Below the pieces are notes generated by a model, which was not told the origin of the DNA, did no database searches, and was given only the letters and a program-made list of their open reading frames with translations. From the IMG/VR virus record IMGVR_UViG_3300037461_000711, positions 25,319 through 89,318 of that record: a DNA stretch of 64,000 bases. One strand, given 5' to 3'. The DNA is from a virus (taxonomy: Duplodnaviria; Caudoviricetes). This document shows positions 36,218-46,974 of the stretch, one piece after another. How positions within the stretch are numbered: the stretch's first letter is position 1; each line of letters begins with the position of its first letter. Made by a program: the position numbers and the translations under genes.

Positions 36218-36712
36218 ATGTCAGAAGAAAAAGAACTTGATCGAGAAATGAATGCGAATATGAATCCGAGGGTGCGAGTAGTCGATGTTGGCACTCGCAC
36301 CCTTCGGAAGATCACCCTCTACCCCCTTTCTCTCAGCGACCAGTTGAAGTTGAAAGAAATTGTCATTCACAACATTCAGCTTTATTTGGCCCAAACCGAC
36401 ACTGAGTTTTCACCGAAAGCGGTTGTGGCTATGGCCGAGTTGGTTCAAGAAAATCTACCCAAGGTGTTGGCCATATTGTTCCCAGACGAAAATGTGGAAA
36501 AACTTATTTCAGAGCTTGACAACCATCAGCTTTCGAAAATCATCGAGTTCGTTTATGAGGACAACTACCGAGGACCGGCAAAAAATCTCTCAAGCCTCTT
36601 CAATCCAGCGACGAACGCATCGGGCATGGAGAGGCTGTCGCAACTGTCTGCCGGGTCTATGGGTATCGAATTGAACACTTCTTCAGACTCAGCTACAAAG
36701 ATGGAGGGCTAA
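36218..36712 (+). CDS. tail assembly chaperone (gpG-like)
   Basis: Start MSEEKEL after SD AAGGAG; lies between tail tube and tape measure. Confidence 0.7.
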   Translation: MSEEKELDREMNANMNPRVRVVDVGTRTLRKITLYPLSLSDQLKLKEIVIHNIQLYLAQTDTEFSPKAVVAMAELVQENLPKVLAILFPDENVEKLISELDNHQLSKIIEFVYEDNYRGPAKNLSSLFNPATNASGMERLSQLSAGSMGIELNTSSDSATKMEG

Positions 36713-36978
36713 CTCAAGGTCAGTTAGAAGCTTTACTATACTTCTACTACAAAAGTCGATCAGAGGATGTGAAGATTCAGGCGGCTTTGCATGGTGCTAC
36801 GATTAACAAGGGTGAATCGAAGCCCGGCGAGGACGACTCAATCATATTCAAAGATCCTAAAGAGTATGAAAAACTCTCACCCGAAGAACGAAAAACGCTC
36901 ACTCAGAAGATGATGGGAAGATTAGCTGGTTCTAAATTCCCCGGCATGGGTGGGCCTAAGAAAAAGGGTGAAAAATAA
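36218..36978 (+). CDS. tail assembly chaperone, -1 frameshifted long form (gpGT-like)
   Basis: In-frame slippery heptamer A AAA AAT at 36580-36586. The -1 frame is open from there to the stop at 36978 and includes track ORF 36769..36978. Confidence 0.75.
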
Positions 36979-39900
36979 ATGGCTGATCGCACTTTAAATC
37001 TGGGGACTCTTTTCACCGCAGAGGTTGGTGATTTTTTAAGCAAGACCGATCAAATCATCAACCGTCTAAGAACCATGCACACCGCTATGAATCAAGCCTT
37101 CGGCAAAACCGGAGGCTTCGGTGCTGCAACCTCCGGCATGAACCAAGTCACAACGGCTGCGAATAAGACCACTCAAGCCGTACAAGCTCAAGCCAAAAAT
37201 CTGACATTGCTCGAACGGGGCTGGCTCAATCTTCGCAAAGCCTTGAGCATTGTTACGACCTATGGTTTGGCTTTTAGGGTGATTCAGGGGGTTACGGAAG
37301 CTTTCAAAGCTGGTGGGCAAGCCATTGCGAATTACGATCAGTCTTTGAAGTCATTGCAAGCGGTCACTCAGGCAACCGATACTGAAGTCACAAAGATGGG
37401 GGAGGCAATTAAATCAGTATCGAAAGACACCCGCCTGAGTGTTACCGATGTGTCTGAGGGTATGCAGCTTTTGGGGCAAGCGGGGTTTGATGCAACACAG
37501 TCCATTCAAACGATTCAGGCGGCGGCGAATCTTTCAGTTGGCACTCTGGAAGATATGTTCATGTCTGTTGATCTTTTGTCTTCTGCTATTTTCGCCTTTC
37601 AGCTAAGAGCCTTTGAGTCGGCGCGGGTTGCTGATGTCATGGCAAATGCGATCAACCGATCCAAACTCGATGTTGAAAAACTTCGTGTGGCTTTTAACTA
37701 TGTGGGTGCGGTGGCGAAAGACGCTGGTATGTCGTTGGAGCAAACCGCAGCTTCAATGATGCTGCTCTCGAATGCTGGTATCAGGGCTTCCACAATCGGT
37801 ACGGGTTTGAGACAGGTTGTTTCGAGATTGCTCTCGCCTAACCGCGCATTGCGGGAAGAATTTGAAGCTCTCGGCATCAGCCTTGAAGAAATGAACCCCG
37901 CCACTCAAGGCTTCGAGAAAGTTCTCGAACGCCTTTCAAAAGTCTTGGTCGATCAAAATACCAAAGTTGTGGATATTGCTAAGGCATACCGTCTGTTTGG
38001 GCTTCGTGGTGCTCAGACGGCGGCCATTCTCACGAGAAGTTTTGCTACCGGCGCTTATCAGGATATGCTCGAAAAGACATACGAGGTCGGTAGCGCAAAC
38101 GAAATGGCCGCAAAACAGATGGAAGGTCTTGTTGCCAAAATCGAAAACTTGGGTACTCGTGCTCAACTACTCGCCATTGCTTTTGGTGAGGCTGGCATTA
38201 CACGAGCGGTTAAAGTCTTCATAGATATTTTAAGAACGGCAGTTCAGGTTCTTACCGATTTTGCAAATTCCATAGTGGGCAAGGCACTCATAAACTTTGT
38301 GGTGTGGACTGCCGCTATTTATGCGTTTGTAAAATCCGTCGATTTGGCTGTGAAGGGCTTAAAATATCTGGCTGCGGCGATGACAGCCACTTCTAAGTAC
38401 ATGACGGTGCTGACAACCACCACGGTTGTTTCGGGAGATAAACTCACCCGGTTTGGAGTCGTACTTCTGGCAGCAAAGCAATACCTGATTGATTTTGGCC
38501 GGTTCTTGGTCGAGATGGCTAAAAGAATGACCGGGTTTGGAACAGCCACAACTCAAGTCGTTACAAGCGTTTCGGTAGTTCAACAAAAGGTGGCTGCTTG
38601 GTATGCCGGTCTTGGCAAGATTGGCCCCTTGCTGAAAGTCGCCGCTGTCGTGGCGGGTATTACGATGGTGGTAGACTATTGGGCGAAATCCACCGAACGG
38701 GCTATTAAAAAACAGACAGAAATTACCGATGCTGCTAAAGACGCTCACGAAGCCCTTGAGACATACCGGGGGGCACTTATAACAATCGGCCAAAATATGG
38801 AGAAGGGCCGGAATGTTAATGCTGAGTACAAGGCGACCCTTCAAAGATTGATTGAAGCCTACCCCACCCTGAAAGGCAAGATTGTTGAAACCACTGCGGC
38901 GTTGAAGGATAATTTAGCAACCATCAAAGAATACGAGCGATTAGAACTTACCAAATATATTTCGGGGTTGATGAAGGAACTTGATCTATACAAGAAGAAA
39001 ATTGCTGAAGCAGAGTTTTTCACAGGTTTGGGCAAGTTGGTTGAGAGTTTTATTAGTAAGGTAAACGATTCGCTTGTGCGGTTTTTGATGGCTATTCCTA
39101 ATTTGCTTATGGATTTGAATAACCTTTTACTTTATATTTCATCGAAGGGTTTGACTGTTCTTGCAAATGCTCTGAAAGCCATAGGTGTTGGGGGCAAGGT
39201 TTTTGAAACCCTCACTGGTTGGGCTAATACGCTTGAGGGGAGTATATACAATTTAACCGACAGAATAAGAACATACGGCAAAGATTCAAAACAAGCTAAA
39301 GACGCTACAGAGGAGTTTACCAAAAAGCTTATTGAAACTGGTTTGGCAATAAAGAAGATGAGGCCGGATATTGGTACTGAGGTAATGCTCTCTGAAATGA
39401 AAAAGCAGTATGGGGCAACAGAAGAGCAAATTCAGAGAGTACGTCGAGCAGTTGCCGATATGGGATTTAGCTTTAAGGAAGCAGTAGAAAAATCGGATCA
39501 AGAACTTAGCAAGCTGCCAGCCTCATTTAAAAAATTCTACGATTCGTTAGCCCCTCTTGAAAAGGTGGCTTTTGCTGAGACACGAGCGCAGATTGATAAA
39601 GAGGTGGCGGCTTTTAGAGATAAGCACAATCTTATTAGCGAGGATAAAAAAGCTCTCTATGAGGGCATCGCAGCGATAGAGGCGGAACATTTAACCAAAT
39701 TCATGAAGAACCAAACTAAGGAAGAGATGTCGGTCAGAGAATCGACTGAAAAGCAATTGCAGTTGATTGAAGAAATGTTGAAAAGTAAGGAAGAAGCGAT
39801 TATCGAATCCGCTCGAAGACAACGAGCAGCTCTAGCTATTGAATATGATCGTGCGGCAGCTAAAGGTGACACCCAACAGATGGAACAAATTAGAAGAGAA

Positions 39901-41193
39901 GCCGTAGCTGCTACAAAACAACTTGAAGAGGAACTTGCCGGGGTGCGAGCAGGGTATAGAGCGCAAGCATCAAGGGTGTTGTTGAACCAAGAGCGTGAAC
40001 TGAATAATGAAATAAAGAAGCTTTACAAAGAACAAACGGATTCATTTCTGACCGAGGCTCGCAACCGCTATAAAGAATATCTTGATTTGGCGAAGAAAGC
40101 CGAAGACGATATTAAAAAAATGCGGGAAAGCCGAGAAGATATTATCAGAAGAATCCGCCAGAAGGGTATGACAGAAGAGCAACGGTACAATGATGATATT
40201 AAAGCCTACCATGAGGCTATGAACAAAGCCCGGTCTACGGGGGATGCTGAGTACTACAAAAAAGCTATAGACTTGGCAGAGGGTCTTGCCAAAGAGGTTA
40301 AAACGGGTACTGGAGATCAAGAACAAACCATCATTTCTCTCGGTGAAGCCGTTCGTCGGTCGGAGGCTATGGCAGAGGAGGCTATACAGGGGTATATTCG
40401 AGCGAAGGAAAAAGAAAAGCAAACCAATGAAGTTGCAGCTTATAATATCAATAAGTCGATCACTGATGTTGAGAACAAAGTCAGAGAGTACATGAAAACG
40501 GTGGATGAGGCTTCTCAGAAAGCTTTAGAGCTAAACACCACTCACGCTATTGAAAGCATGGAACAAACCTATGATATAGTTGCCAAGTTCAAAGAAAAAT
40601 GGGATGATATTAAGTCGAAAACCATCACTTTGAATGTGGTTTACAATTACCCTAAAGGTGGGGCGGATGGTGGGGGAAAAGACTCTGAGAGTGTAAAGGT
40701 AGAGACTGAAGGGGGGGCTTCATCTGATAGTGGGAATTCGGCTAACAAGTATCGTTGGGGGGGCATGGTGGTTGACCGGGCGAAAGAAGCCGTTCGTAAT
40801 TTTTTTACCTATGCCAAGAGGGGTTTGAAACTGCCGGGGTATGGTGGTGGAGATCGTGTGCCGGTCATGGCTGAGTCTGGCGAGTATATTATAAACAAAG
40901 AATCAACCAAGAAGTTTCTGCCGTTCATTGAGGCAATCAACCAAGACACCATCAGCAGCTTCGGTAAGCGGTTTGGTGGCTTTGTAAACTCAATCAAGCT
41001 GCCCAAGGTGCCCAACTACCAAAAGTTCGCTATGGGGGGTGCTGTAGCGTCTGGTGGTGGGGGGAATTCGACTCTCAACCTTTCGATTAAAATAAAACCC
41101 ACGTATATGTCTGGCGATAGGGCTTCTGCTCGCCGCCTTGCGTCTGATATTTACCGAGAACTTGAGGAACTTGGCATTCGGAGAGGGGTGTAA
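36979..41193 (+). CDS. tape measure protein (TP901-type core)
   Basis: 1404 aa, helical; SLEQTAA...GIRASTIGTGLRQV core; C-terminal GYGGGDRVPVMAESGEYII. Confidence 0.9.
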   Translation: MADRTLNLGTLFTAEVGDFLSKTDQIINRLRTMHTAMNQAFGKTGGFGAATSGMNQVTTAANKTTQAVQAQAKNLTLLERGWLNLRKALSIVTTYGLAFRVIQGVTEAFKAGGQAIANYDQSLKSLQAVTQATDTEVTKMGEAIKSVSKDTRLSVTDVSEGMQLLGQAGFDATQSIQTIQAAANLSVGTLEDMFMSVDLLSSAIFAFQLRAFESARVADVMANAINRSKLDVEKLRVAFNYVGAVAKDAGMSLEQTAASMMLLSNAGIRASTIGTGLRQVVSRLLSPNRALREEFEALGISLEEMNPATQGFEKVLERLSKVLVDQNTKVVDIAKAYRLFGLRGAQTAAILTRSFATGAYQDMLEKTYEVGSANEMAAKQMEGLVAKIENLGTRAQLLAIAFGEAGITRAVKVFIDILRTAVQVLTDFANSIVGKALINFVVWTAAIYAFVKSVDLAVKGLKYLAAAMTATSKYMTVLTTTTVVSGDKLTRFGVVLLAAKQYLIDFGRFLVEMAKRMTGFGTATTQVVTSVSVVQQKVAAWYAGLGKIGPLLKVAAVVAGITMVVDYWAKSTERAIKKQTEITDAAKDAHEALETYRGALITIGQNMEKGRNVNAEYKATLQRLIEAYPTLKGKIVETTAALKDNLATIKEYERLELTKYISGLMKELDLYKKKIAEAEFFTGLGKLVESFISKVNDSLVRFLMAIPNLLMDLNNLLLYISSKGLTVLANALKAIGVGGKVFETLTGWANTLEGSIYNLTDRIRTYGKDSKQAKDATEEFTKKLIETGLAIKKMRPDIGTEVMLSEMKKQYGATEEQIQRVRRAVADMGFSFKEAVEKSDQELSKLPASFKKFYDSLAPLEKVAFAETRAQIDKEVAAFRDKHNLISEDKKALYEGIAAIEAEHLTKFMKNQTKEEMSVRESTEKQLQLIEEMLKSKEEAIIESARRQRAALAIEYDRAAAKGDTQQMEQIRREAVAATKQLEEELAGVRAGYRAQASRVLLNQERELNNEIKKLYKEQTDSFLTEARNRYKEYLDLAKKAEDDIKKMRESREDIIRRIRQKGMTEEQRYNDDIKAYHEAMNKARSTGDAEYYKKAIDLAEGLAKEVKTGTGDQEQTIISLGEAVRRSEAMAEEAIQGYIRAKEKEKQTNEVAAYNINKSITDVENKVREYMKTVDEASQKALELNTTHAIESMEQTYDIVAKFKEKWDDIKSKTITLNVVYNYPKGGADGGGKDSESVKVETEGGASSDSGNSANKYRWGGMVVDRAKEAVRNFFTYAKRGLKLPGYGGGDRVPVMAESGEYIINKESTKKFLPFIEAINQDTISSFGKRFGGFVNSIKLPKVPNYQKFAMGGAVASGGGGNSTLNLSIKIKPTYMSGDRASARRLASDIYRELEELGIRRGV

Positions 41194-41199
41194 CATAAA

Positions 41200-41940
41200 A
41201 TGGGGCAGATAATTCTTTACCCTTTTAATTTGTTAGGCGAGTCTGGGGTGACGGTCACGGCAAATGCCGATAGCGCATACCCAAAAACCCGCTTATACGA
41301 CCGCTCATTGAATTATTATTGGCAATACACCCAAACGGGTGCCTTTACAATTACCGTCGATCAGGGGGCTTCTTATAGCCTCTACGTCGATTTTTTGGCT
41401 GTCGGTATTCACAATTTTATTAATGCGACGATAGCTTGGCAATATTCAAGCAACGGTTCTTCGTGGACAAACGCTGTCGATTCATGGTATCAGACCAGTG
41501 GTGCCCAAATAGTTAAAACTCTAACAACTCCTCTTCTGTATCGGTATTGGCGGCTGTCGGTGGGGTCGGTGGCTTCGCCCCGGTGTGTTGAGGTTTATAT
41601 GTCTTTGGGGCATTCGTTCAGAATAGTTTGGGATAGCACACCTACGGGTTCGGAAGAAGACAGCGTAGAGTGGATTAAGACGGTGGGTAATTTAGAAAGG
41701 TCAATTAAGACCGGCGATGCTCGCAAGATGAGAGACTACCCCATCTTTCATCACACTTCGACCTCCACTCTGACAAGCTTCAGGTCGGCCATGAGTTATC
41801 TTGACGGTTACTCGAAACCGTTCTTTGTGAAAGACCACGAAAGCGGGTATTGGCTTGCCCGAATGACCTCTGTTTCTAAAGAGGACTACAATTCTGAAGG
41901 GGTGGCGTTTCGAACCCTCAGTTTGGTGGAAATGATATGA
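41200..41940 (+). CDS. putative distal tail protein
   Basis: First gene after the tape measure; beta-rich with YWRL motif. Confidence 0.55.
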   Translation: MGQIILYPFNLLGESGVTVTANADSAYPKTRLYDRSLNYYWQYTQTGAFTITVDQGASYSLYVDFLAVGIHNFINATIAWQYSSNGSSWTNAVDSWYQTSGAQIVKTLTTPLLYRYWRLSVGSVASPRCVEVYMSLGHSFRIVWDSTPTGSEEDSVEWIKTVGNLERSIKTGDARKMRDYPIFHHTSTSTLTSFRSAMSYLDGYSKPFFVKDHESGYWLARMTSVSKEDYNSEGVAFRTLSLVEMI

Positions 41941-44900
41941 AATCTCTTAGTGCTTTTACATCTACTGCGATAGATTCCCCCCATGTCGGGTTCTCCCGAG
42001 TTTTTGAGTTTGCAATGGGTTCTTACTTATTTTACTTCTGTTCCAGAAAATTCAAATCTTCCACCCCATATCAGTTTGACGGCAAGATTTATGAACCGTT
42101 AGTGGTGGAATATAGTGACATCAATTATGGGGATATTCGGTTTGATGGTTCTGTGCAGGAAGGCTCTGAGACTTCATTCACGATTGACAACACCGTACCC
42201 GTAGGGGGTTTTGATCGGTTCTCCCAAGTTCTTGCCAACCCGTTCTTTTACGTTCAAGTAAATATTTATGACATCTTTGATGGGGCCACATCGAGTGATG
42301 ATAAAGTATTTGTATTTTGTGGAACAATCGAAGACGTTGACATATCTGAAAGCAGCCGGGTTAAATTCTATTGTACTGGGTATGAGTTGGACATTCTGAA
42401 TAAATTTCAAACTGAAATTGTTGATAGTTCAATTTATCCTGGGGCAGACCCAGACGAAATTGGCAGACTTTTGCCTATCGTATATGGTTCTGCTGAGAAA
42501 GTGCCCTTCTTGGCGGTTGATGCGGGGTCTATTTCAACTCTGGCTCAAGCTTGTGGGGCAACAGATACATCCATCACCTTGAGTAATACCACAAGCTTTA
42601 ATATGGGTGGAGGTTTGATACAAATAGATTTTGAACAGATTCTTTATTCTTATGTTTCTGGTAGTCAACTACGGGGGTGTGTGAGAGCGTATGACGGCAC
42701 CACGGCAGAAGAACATCAAGCGGGGGCAATAGTAGCCGAAGTTCAAACTGCTTATGCTTACATAATCGGGCACCCGGTTCTTTCCATAGATGCTGTGTAT
42801 GCAGAAAATAAAGAAGCTGGTCAGCATATACTACAATCAGGGAATTACACGGCTTACACAGGTAGAGCTGGCGATGAACATCCAGATTACCCCGGCAAAG
42901 CCTGTATCGTTTTTAACACGTTGCCTTCCATTTCAAGACAAGTGAATATCGAGGCTGTTGATACGATTGATGTGGATGATAGTATTAATGTTAATGACCG
43001 GGGGCATGAGCATTCAGGGGAAGAACGATATGAAGTTTACCGATTTGATTATGGGACTGCCGCTGGTTACATTTATGGGGATCAGCCAAGTGATGTGTAC
43101 GATGCCGCTCAAGGGTCAAATATAAAAAATGCAATTGATGGCTCGATTGCTTCAGCGGCGGGACTTTATGGGCAGGGTAACATAGCCACATTTGGTAAAG
43201 CTCAAGTAGAAGATATGACCGGCACACCTTATCAGTATAGGGTTTGCATGGCGATTGGTCTTTGTGATGCCTATACAGGTTTGACAGCAACATGGAATTA
43301 TCGAAGTGTCAGTTTTTCAACAACCGTTTTTCTTACAGATGACAATTCAAGAATAAGCAAAACAGCTTGGTATACTCTCGACTCAAATCAAAGAAATTGG
43401 GAATTTTTTTATACGAGAAATGCAACGGTTCAAAGAACTGGCACAAACCCGATAGGGTATGCCTTTTTGAAAGAGGTTTGGATTGAGGTTATTGTAACGG
43501 ACGTTGGCGGTACAACCGAAGACCTTGCAGATGTTGATAAAACCGGACAAGCTTCAAAGGTTGGTACGGTAACTCTTACAGGCAATAGCGTAGCAGATAC
43601 GGTCATTGGTGGAGCAGTTTCAGCCGATGTTCGTGGTTGGATGGCAGATAGCAGTGGTAATTATGGAGGAGAAGGGTTTGTTATAGAGCGCCCTCATTTG
43701 ATTGCAAAGCATTTCTTAGTTAATTATTGTGGGTGGGGAGTAGCCAACTTTGGCACTTCTTATACTTCGGTAGAATCCACTTATGAAGAAAACGGGCTGG
43801 TCTTATCTGTTGTTCTGCTTGAGCGCCCGGCTTCACCTAATGAGTTTTTGTCTGAGTTGGCTTTTCAAGCGAAGTCAACTCAGTTTTTTGATGAGGGTAA
43901 ACATCAGATAGTTTACTTGCCTGATTATTCTACCGTTTCTTTGGTGATGCCTGAATCAAGATTAGATATGGACTCTGTGAAGGTTTGGTATTCAAAAAGA
44001 GCAGAGTTAAAAAATAAAGTTTCTGCCACGTATAAAAAGTATTGGGTAGAGCAAAATTCTAAAGATGAACTCTCCACAATGAAAAGTGTTGTGGTGGGGG
44101 AAAGCACTGAGAGTCAAGCCGTATATGGGGTTCTTGAGGGTAGTCCTATAACCCTGAATTTCTTAACAGGGGAATTTCAGGTAAGAGGCTTTTTGTCTTG
44201 GTATTTGGGAGAGTTTCATGCTCCGACTTTGTATGTTGAATTTACAGGGGGGCAGTATCTTCTTGGTTTGCAGAAAGCCGATATAATTCAATTTGATTTT
44301 GAATCTGGTGGGTATCTCGATAATTTATTTTTGGGGTTGATTACTGCAAATTCAAGTAAGTTTAGGGTTATTCAGATTACAAATACGGGGGGCCAGGGGG
44401 TAAAAGTGTTGGCTCGATCTGAGTCTTCTGAAGTGCCCCTTTTACAGGAACTTGGGGATAGACCTATTAGCGGGATTACCAGAGTTAATTCTCAGTATTC
44501 ATGGTTACACAGCCCCATCTATGTTTTATCTGGCAGGCAAAATACTACCACTTCTATTTTGTCTTACGATGTTTTTAATGAGGCCCATTTGAGTTTTGAA
44601 AATGTGACTATACCATTTGGAGAGACTATAAATTCTGCTTATATTAGTTTTCAAGGTATGTTTGATGGAACTCATTCTGGCAATTTAAGCATTCGATTGG
44701 CTCAAGGCAGTAATGTTCAAGCCGCTACGGACTATTTTGAGTCTATAGCAATATTGTGGGGTAGCTCAGTTTCGTGGGCTATTGGCAATAGTGAATCGAG
44801 CTACACTTCAAAGACTTCCCCAAATTTGGCTTCAATTTTACAAACGATTGTGAACACTGCGGGGTGGTCATCTGGCAATTCTGTTTTGTTTGGTATAACT

Positions 44901-46901
44901 TGCCCATCAGTTGGAACTAACGAACAGGTGTCAGCAGCTTTTCTTTCGTATAATTATTATTCAGCTTATGGGGGTTTGAGCAATATCCCAACCCTGGTTG
45001 TTAATTATGGCTCTGGTACTGAAGTTACAATTAGAATAGCTAATGGAGCTAAAGATTATTATTTTGATGGTGAGGAAGAAGTCAGCATTGCCACTTTGAT
45101 TGAAGGTGGGGAATATGATCCAGGGTATTATTATGGTAGTGTTCGAGTTCTTAACGATTATGGCCCAGGTAGCCCCCCTTCCCAAACCTACTATTGGAGT
45201 GAATTTGCAATTCGTGTAACTAACTTGACAATACCTGTTGGGGCAACCATAAAAACTTTCAAATTTGCTTTACCTCTTGATTCCGCTTCGGTCACTACAG
45301 ACGCAATCAGTTATAGAATATATGGGCATGATGTTGACAATTCTTCCGGCTTCTTGAGTTTTGTTGATTATGATAGTTTGCCTCTAACTTCTGCATATAG
45401 AGATTGGCAAAATTTGGTATATTATGTTCCTTATGGTTCTTCGACTGCCTTAATGTCCCCGAATCTCTCCAACATTTTACAGGAAATTATTGACCGACCT
45501 GGGTGGGCATCTGGCAATTCGGTTACTATTGTTTTCAGGTTGAGTAGCCGAAGACTTGCTAATTACGAGTATCAATTTTTGCACTCTTATAAATTCGACC
45601 CCGATGATAATATTGTTTATTTGACCTACCAAGCAGAGTGGTTGTCTATATTTAATAATTTGAAGTGGGAACCAGATCAACTCGATACAAGTGATGCTGT
45701 AGAGGCTGCCTGGGATTCTGGTAACAACAGATGGCGGTTTAATATTCATGCTACCGCAGATGGAGGCAAGCTGCGAGCGTTGGGGGATTGGTTTCGGGGG
45801 TTTAGGCCGGAAAAAGTTAGAATATCTCATAATCATGTTGGTACAAATCCGGTGCTTACGATTAAAGACGTTAATGGTTCAAACCTTTATGTTTCCACGA
45901 GTTATTCTTCAGACACAGAGGTTTCTCTAAACTGGCAGGGTCGAAATAATCTTTATTCCATACAGTTGGAAGTTGGTAGTTCTGATAATACGGAATTCAA
46001 TGTTACCAATATTGAGTTTTTGAATTCCGGTGTCAGTTCTCAACAAACCAGCACGTCAACCACTTCAACTTCGACCACAACTTCGACCAGCAGTACGACT
46101 TCGACCACTCGCACAGGTTGGACATCTTCTTCTACCACCACGACAAGCACTACAACCACGACAAGCTCTTCATCGAGTTCCACTTCGTCAATTTCAACCA
46201 CAAGTTCTTCGACGTGCTCTACCACCACGACCACGCTTTCAACTTACAGCACTACGACTTCTACACGACCAGGGTGGACATCTTCTTCCACTACGTCGAG
46301 TTCAAGCACCACGAGTTCGACGGCATCGACTATAAGCACGTCAAGTATTTCGACTACCTCTTCAACAGCAAGCACCACGAGTTCTACGGCATCAACTTCA
46401 AGTAGTTCATCTACTTTGACAACTACAAGTTCTTCCACCACCACATCGAGTAGTTCAAGTACAACCACTACCACCAGAGAACTTATGTGGGAGCAGAAAC
46501 TTCACGACGATGGATCGAACGATTATTGGTTTGTAGGGAGTGGCACTTGGGATTCAGGCAATAGTGAATGGGATAGTCAATACTCGTATGGTACTATTAG
46601 TTTATACTCAGATCACGCAGATTTTACTGGCTATCGCCCAACCAAGATAAAATTTACTCTTTATTGTTCGTCTGACATTTCATCTCTTGATTTTGCTATT
46701 TATAATAGAAACCCAGAATCCCCATTTAATATGGTTCATTTGCTTTCTACAGGTGACGGTTACAATTCTTCATATAGTGCTGGCGAAACCACAAAAACTT
46801 TGGATTTAATTTTTAATAATAATTGGGATATATATCTTCTTGAGTGGGGTTCAAATATTGAGGCCAGTTTTTCAATTCGAGATATTCAGTTCTTGGTTTA
46901 G
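41937..46901 (+). CDS. tail tip/baseplate hub protein with duplicated modules and a Ser/Thr linker
   Basis: 1654 aa; LPIVYGS hub motif; duplicated SPNL..ILQ.I...GW.SGNS modules; S/T tract near 46045-46475. Confidence 0.7.
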   Translation: MKSLSAFTSTAIDSPHVGFSRVFEFAMGSYLFYFCSRKFKSSTPYQFDGKIYEPLVVEYSDINYGDIRFDGSVQEGSETSFTIDNTVPVGGFDRFSQVLANPFFYVQVNIYDIFDGATSSDDKVFVFCGTIEDVDISESSRVKFYCTGYELDILNKFQTEIVDSSIYPGADPDEIGRLLPIVYGSAEKVPFLAVDAGSISTLAQACGATDTSITLSNTTSFNMGGGLIQIDFEQILYSYVSGSQLRGCVRAYDGTTAEEHQAGAIVAEVQTAYAYIIGHPVLSIDAVYAENKEAGQHILQSGNYTAYTGRAGDEHPDYPGKACIVFNTLPSISRQVNIEAVDTIDVDDSINVNDRGHEHSGEERYEVYRFDYGTAAGYIYGDQPSDVYDAAQGSNIKNAIDGSIASAAGLYGQGNIATFGKAQVEDMTGTPYQYRVCMAIGLCDAYTGLTATWNYRSVSFSTTVFLTDDNSRISKTAWYTLDSNQRNWEFFYTRNATVQRTGTNPIGYAFLKEVWIEVIVTDVGGTTEDLADVDKTGQASKVGTVTLTGNSVADTVIGGAVSADVRGWMADSSGNYGGEGFVIERPHLIAKHFLVNYCGWGVANFGTSYTSVESTYEENGLVLSVVLLERPASPNEFLSELAFQAKSTQFFDEGKHQIVYLPDYSTVSLVMPESRLDMDSVKVWYSKRAELKNKVSATYKKYWVEQNSKDELSTMKSVVVGESTESQAVYGVLEGSPITLNFLTGEFQVRGFLSWYLGEFHAPTLYVEFTGGQYLLGLQKADIIQFDFESGGYLDNLFLGLITANSSKFRVIQITNTGGQGVKVLARSESSEVPLLQELGDRPISGITRVNSQYSWLHSPIYVLSGRQNTTTSILSYDVFNEAHLSFENVTIPFGETINSAYISFQGMFDGTHSGNLSIRLAQGSNVQAATDYFESIAILWGSSVSWAIGNSESSYTSKTSPNLASILQTIVNTAGWSSGNSVLFGITCPSVGTNEQVSAAFLSYNYYSAYGGLSNIPTLVVNYGSGTEVTIRIANGAKDYYFDGEEEVSIATLIEGGEYDPGYYYGSVRVLNDYGPGSPPSQTYYWSEFAIRVTNLTIPVGATIKTFKFALPLDSASVTTDAISYRIYGHDVDNSSGFLSFVDYDSLPLTSAYRDWQNLVYYVPYGSSTALMSPNLSNILQEIIDRPGWASGNSVTIVFRLSSRRLANYEYQFLHSYKFDPDDNIVYLTYQAEWLSIFNNLKWEPDQLDTSDAVEAAWDSGNNRWRFNIHATADGGKLRALGDWFRGFRPEKVRISHNHVGTNPVLTIKDVNGSNLYVSTSYSSDTEVSLNWQGRNNLYSIQLEVGSSDNTEFNVTNIEFLNSGVSSQQTSTSTTSTSTTTSTSSTTSTTRTGWTSSSTTTTSTTTTTSSSSSSTSSISTTSSSTCSTTTTTLSTYSTTTSTRPGWTSSSTTSSSSTTSSTASTISTSSISTTSSTASTTSSTASTSSSSSTLTTTSSSTTTSSSSSTTTTTRELMWEQKLHDDGSNDYWFVGSGTWDSGNSEWDSQYSYGTISLYSDHADFTGYRPTKIKFTLYCSSDISSLDFAIYNRNPESPFNMVHLLSTGDGYNSSYSAGETTKTLDLIFNNNWDIYLLEWGSNIEASFSIRDIQFLV

Positions 46902-46904
46902 AAC

Positions 46905-46933
46905 TTGACTATTTCAAAAAAGTATAGGATACT
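46905..46933 (+). promoter_or_regulatory. putative promoter of the glycosyltransferase cluster
   Basis: TTGACT-17 nt-GATACT in the only sizeable intergenic gap between the tail-tip gene and the cluster. Confidence 0.4.
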
Positions 46934-46974
46934 CTACCCCACAATCGGCAGAAAGAAAGGAGACCGAATCGACC

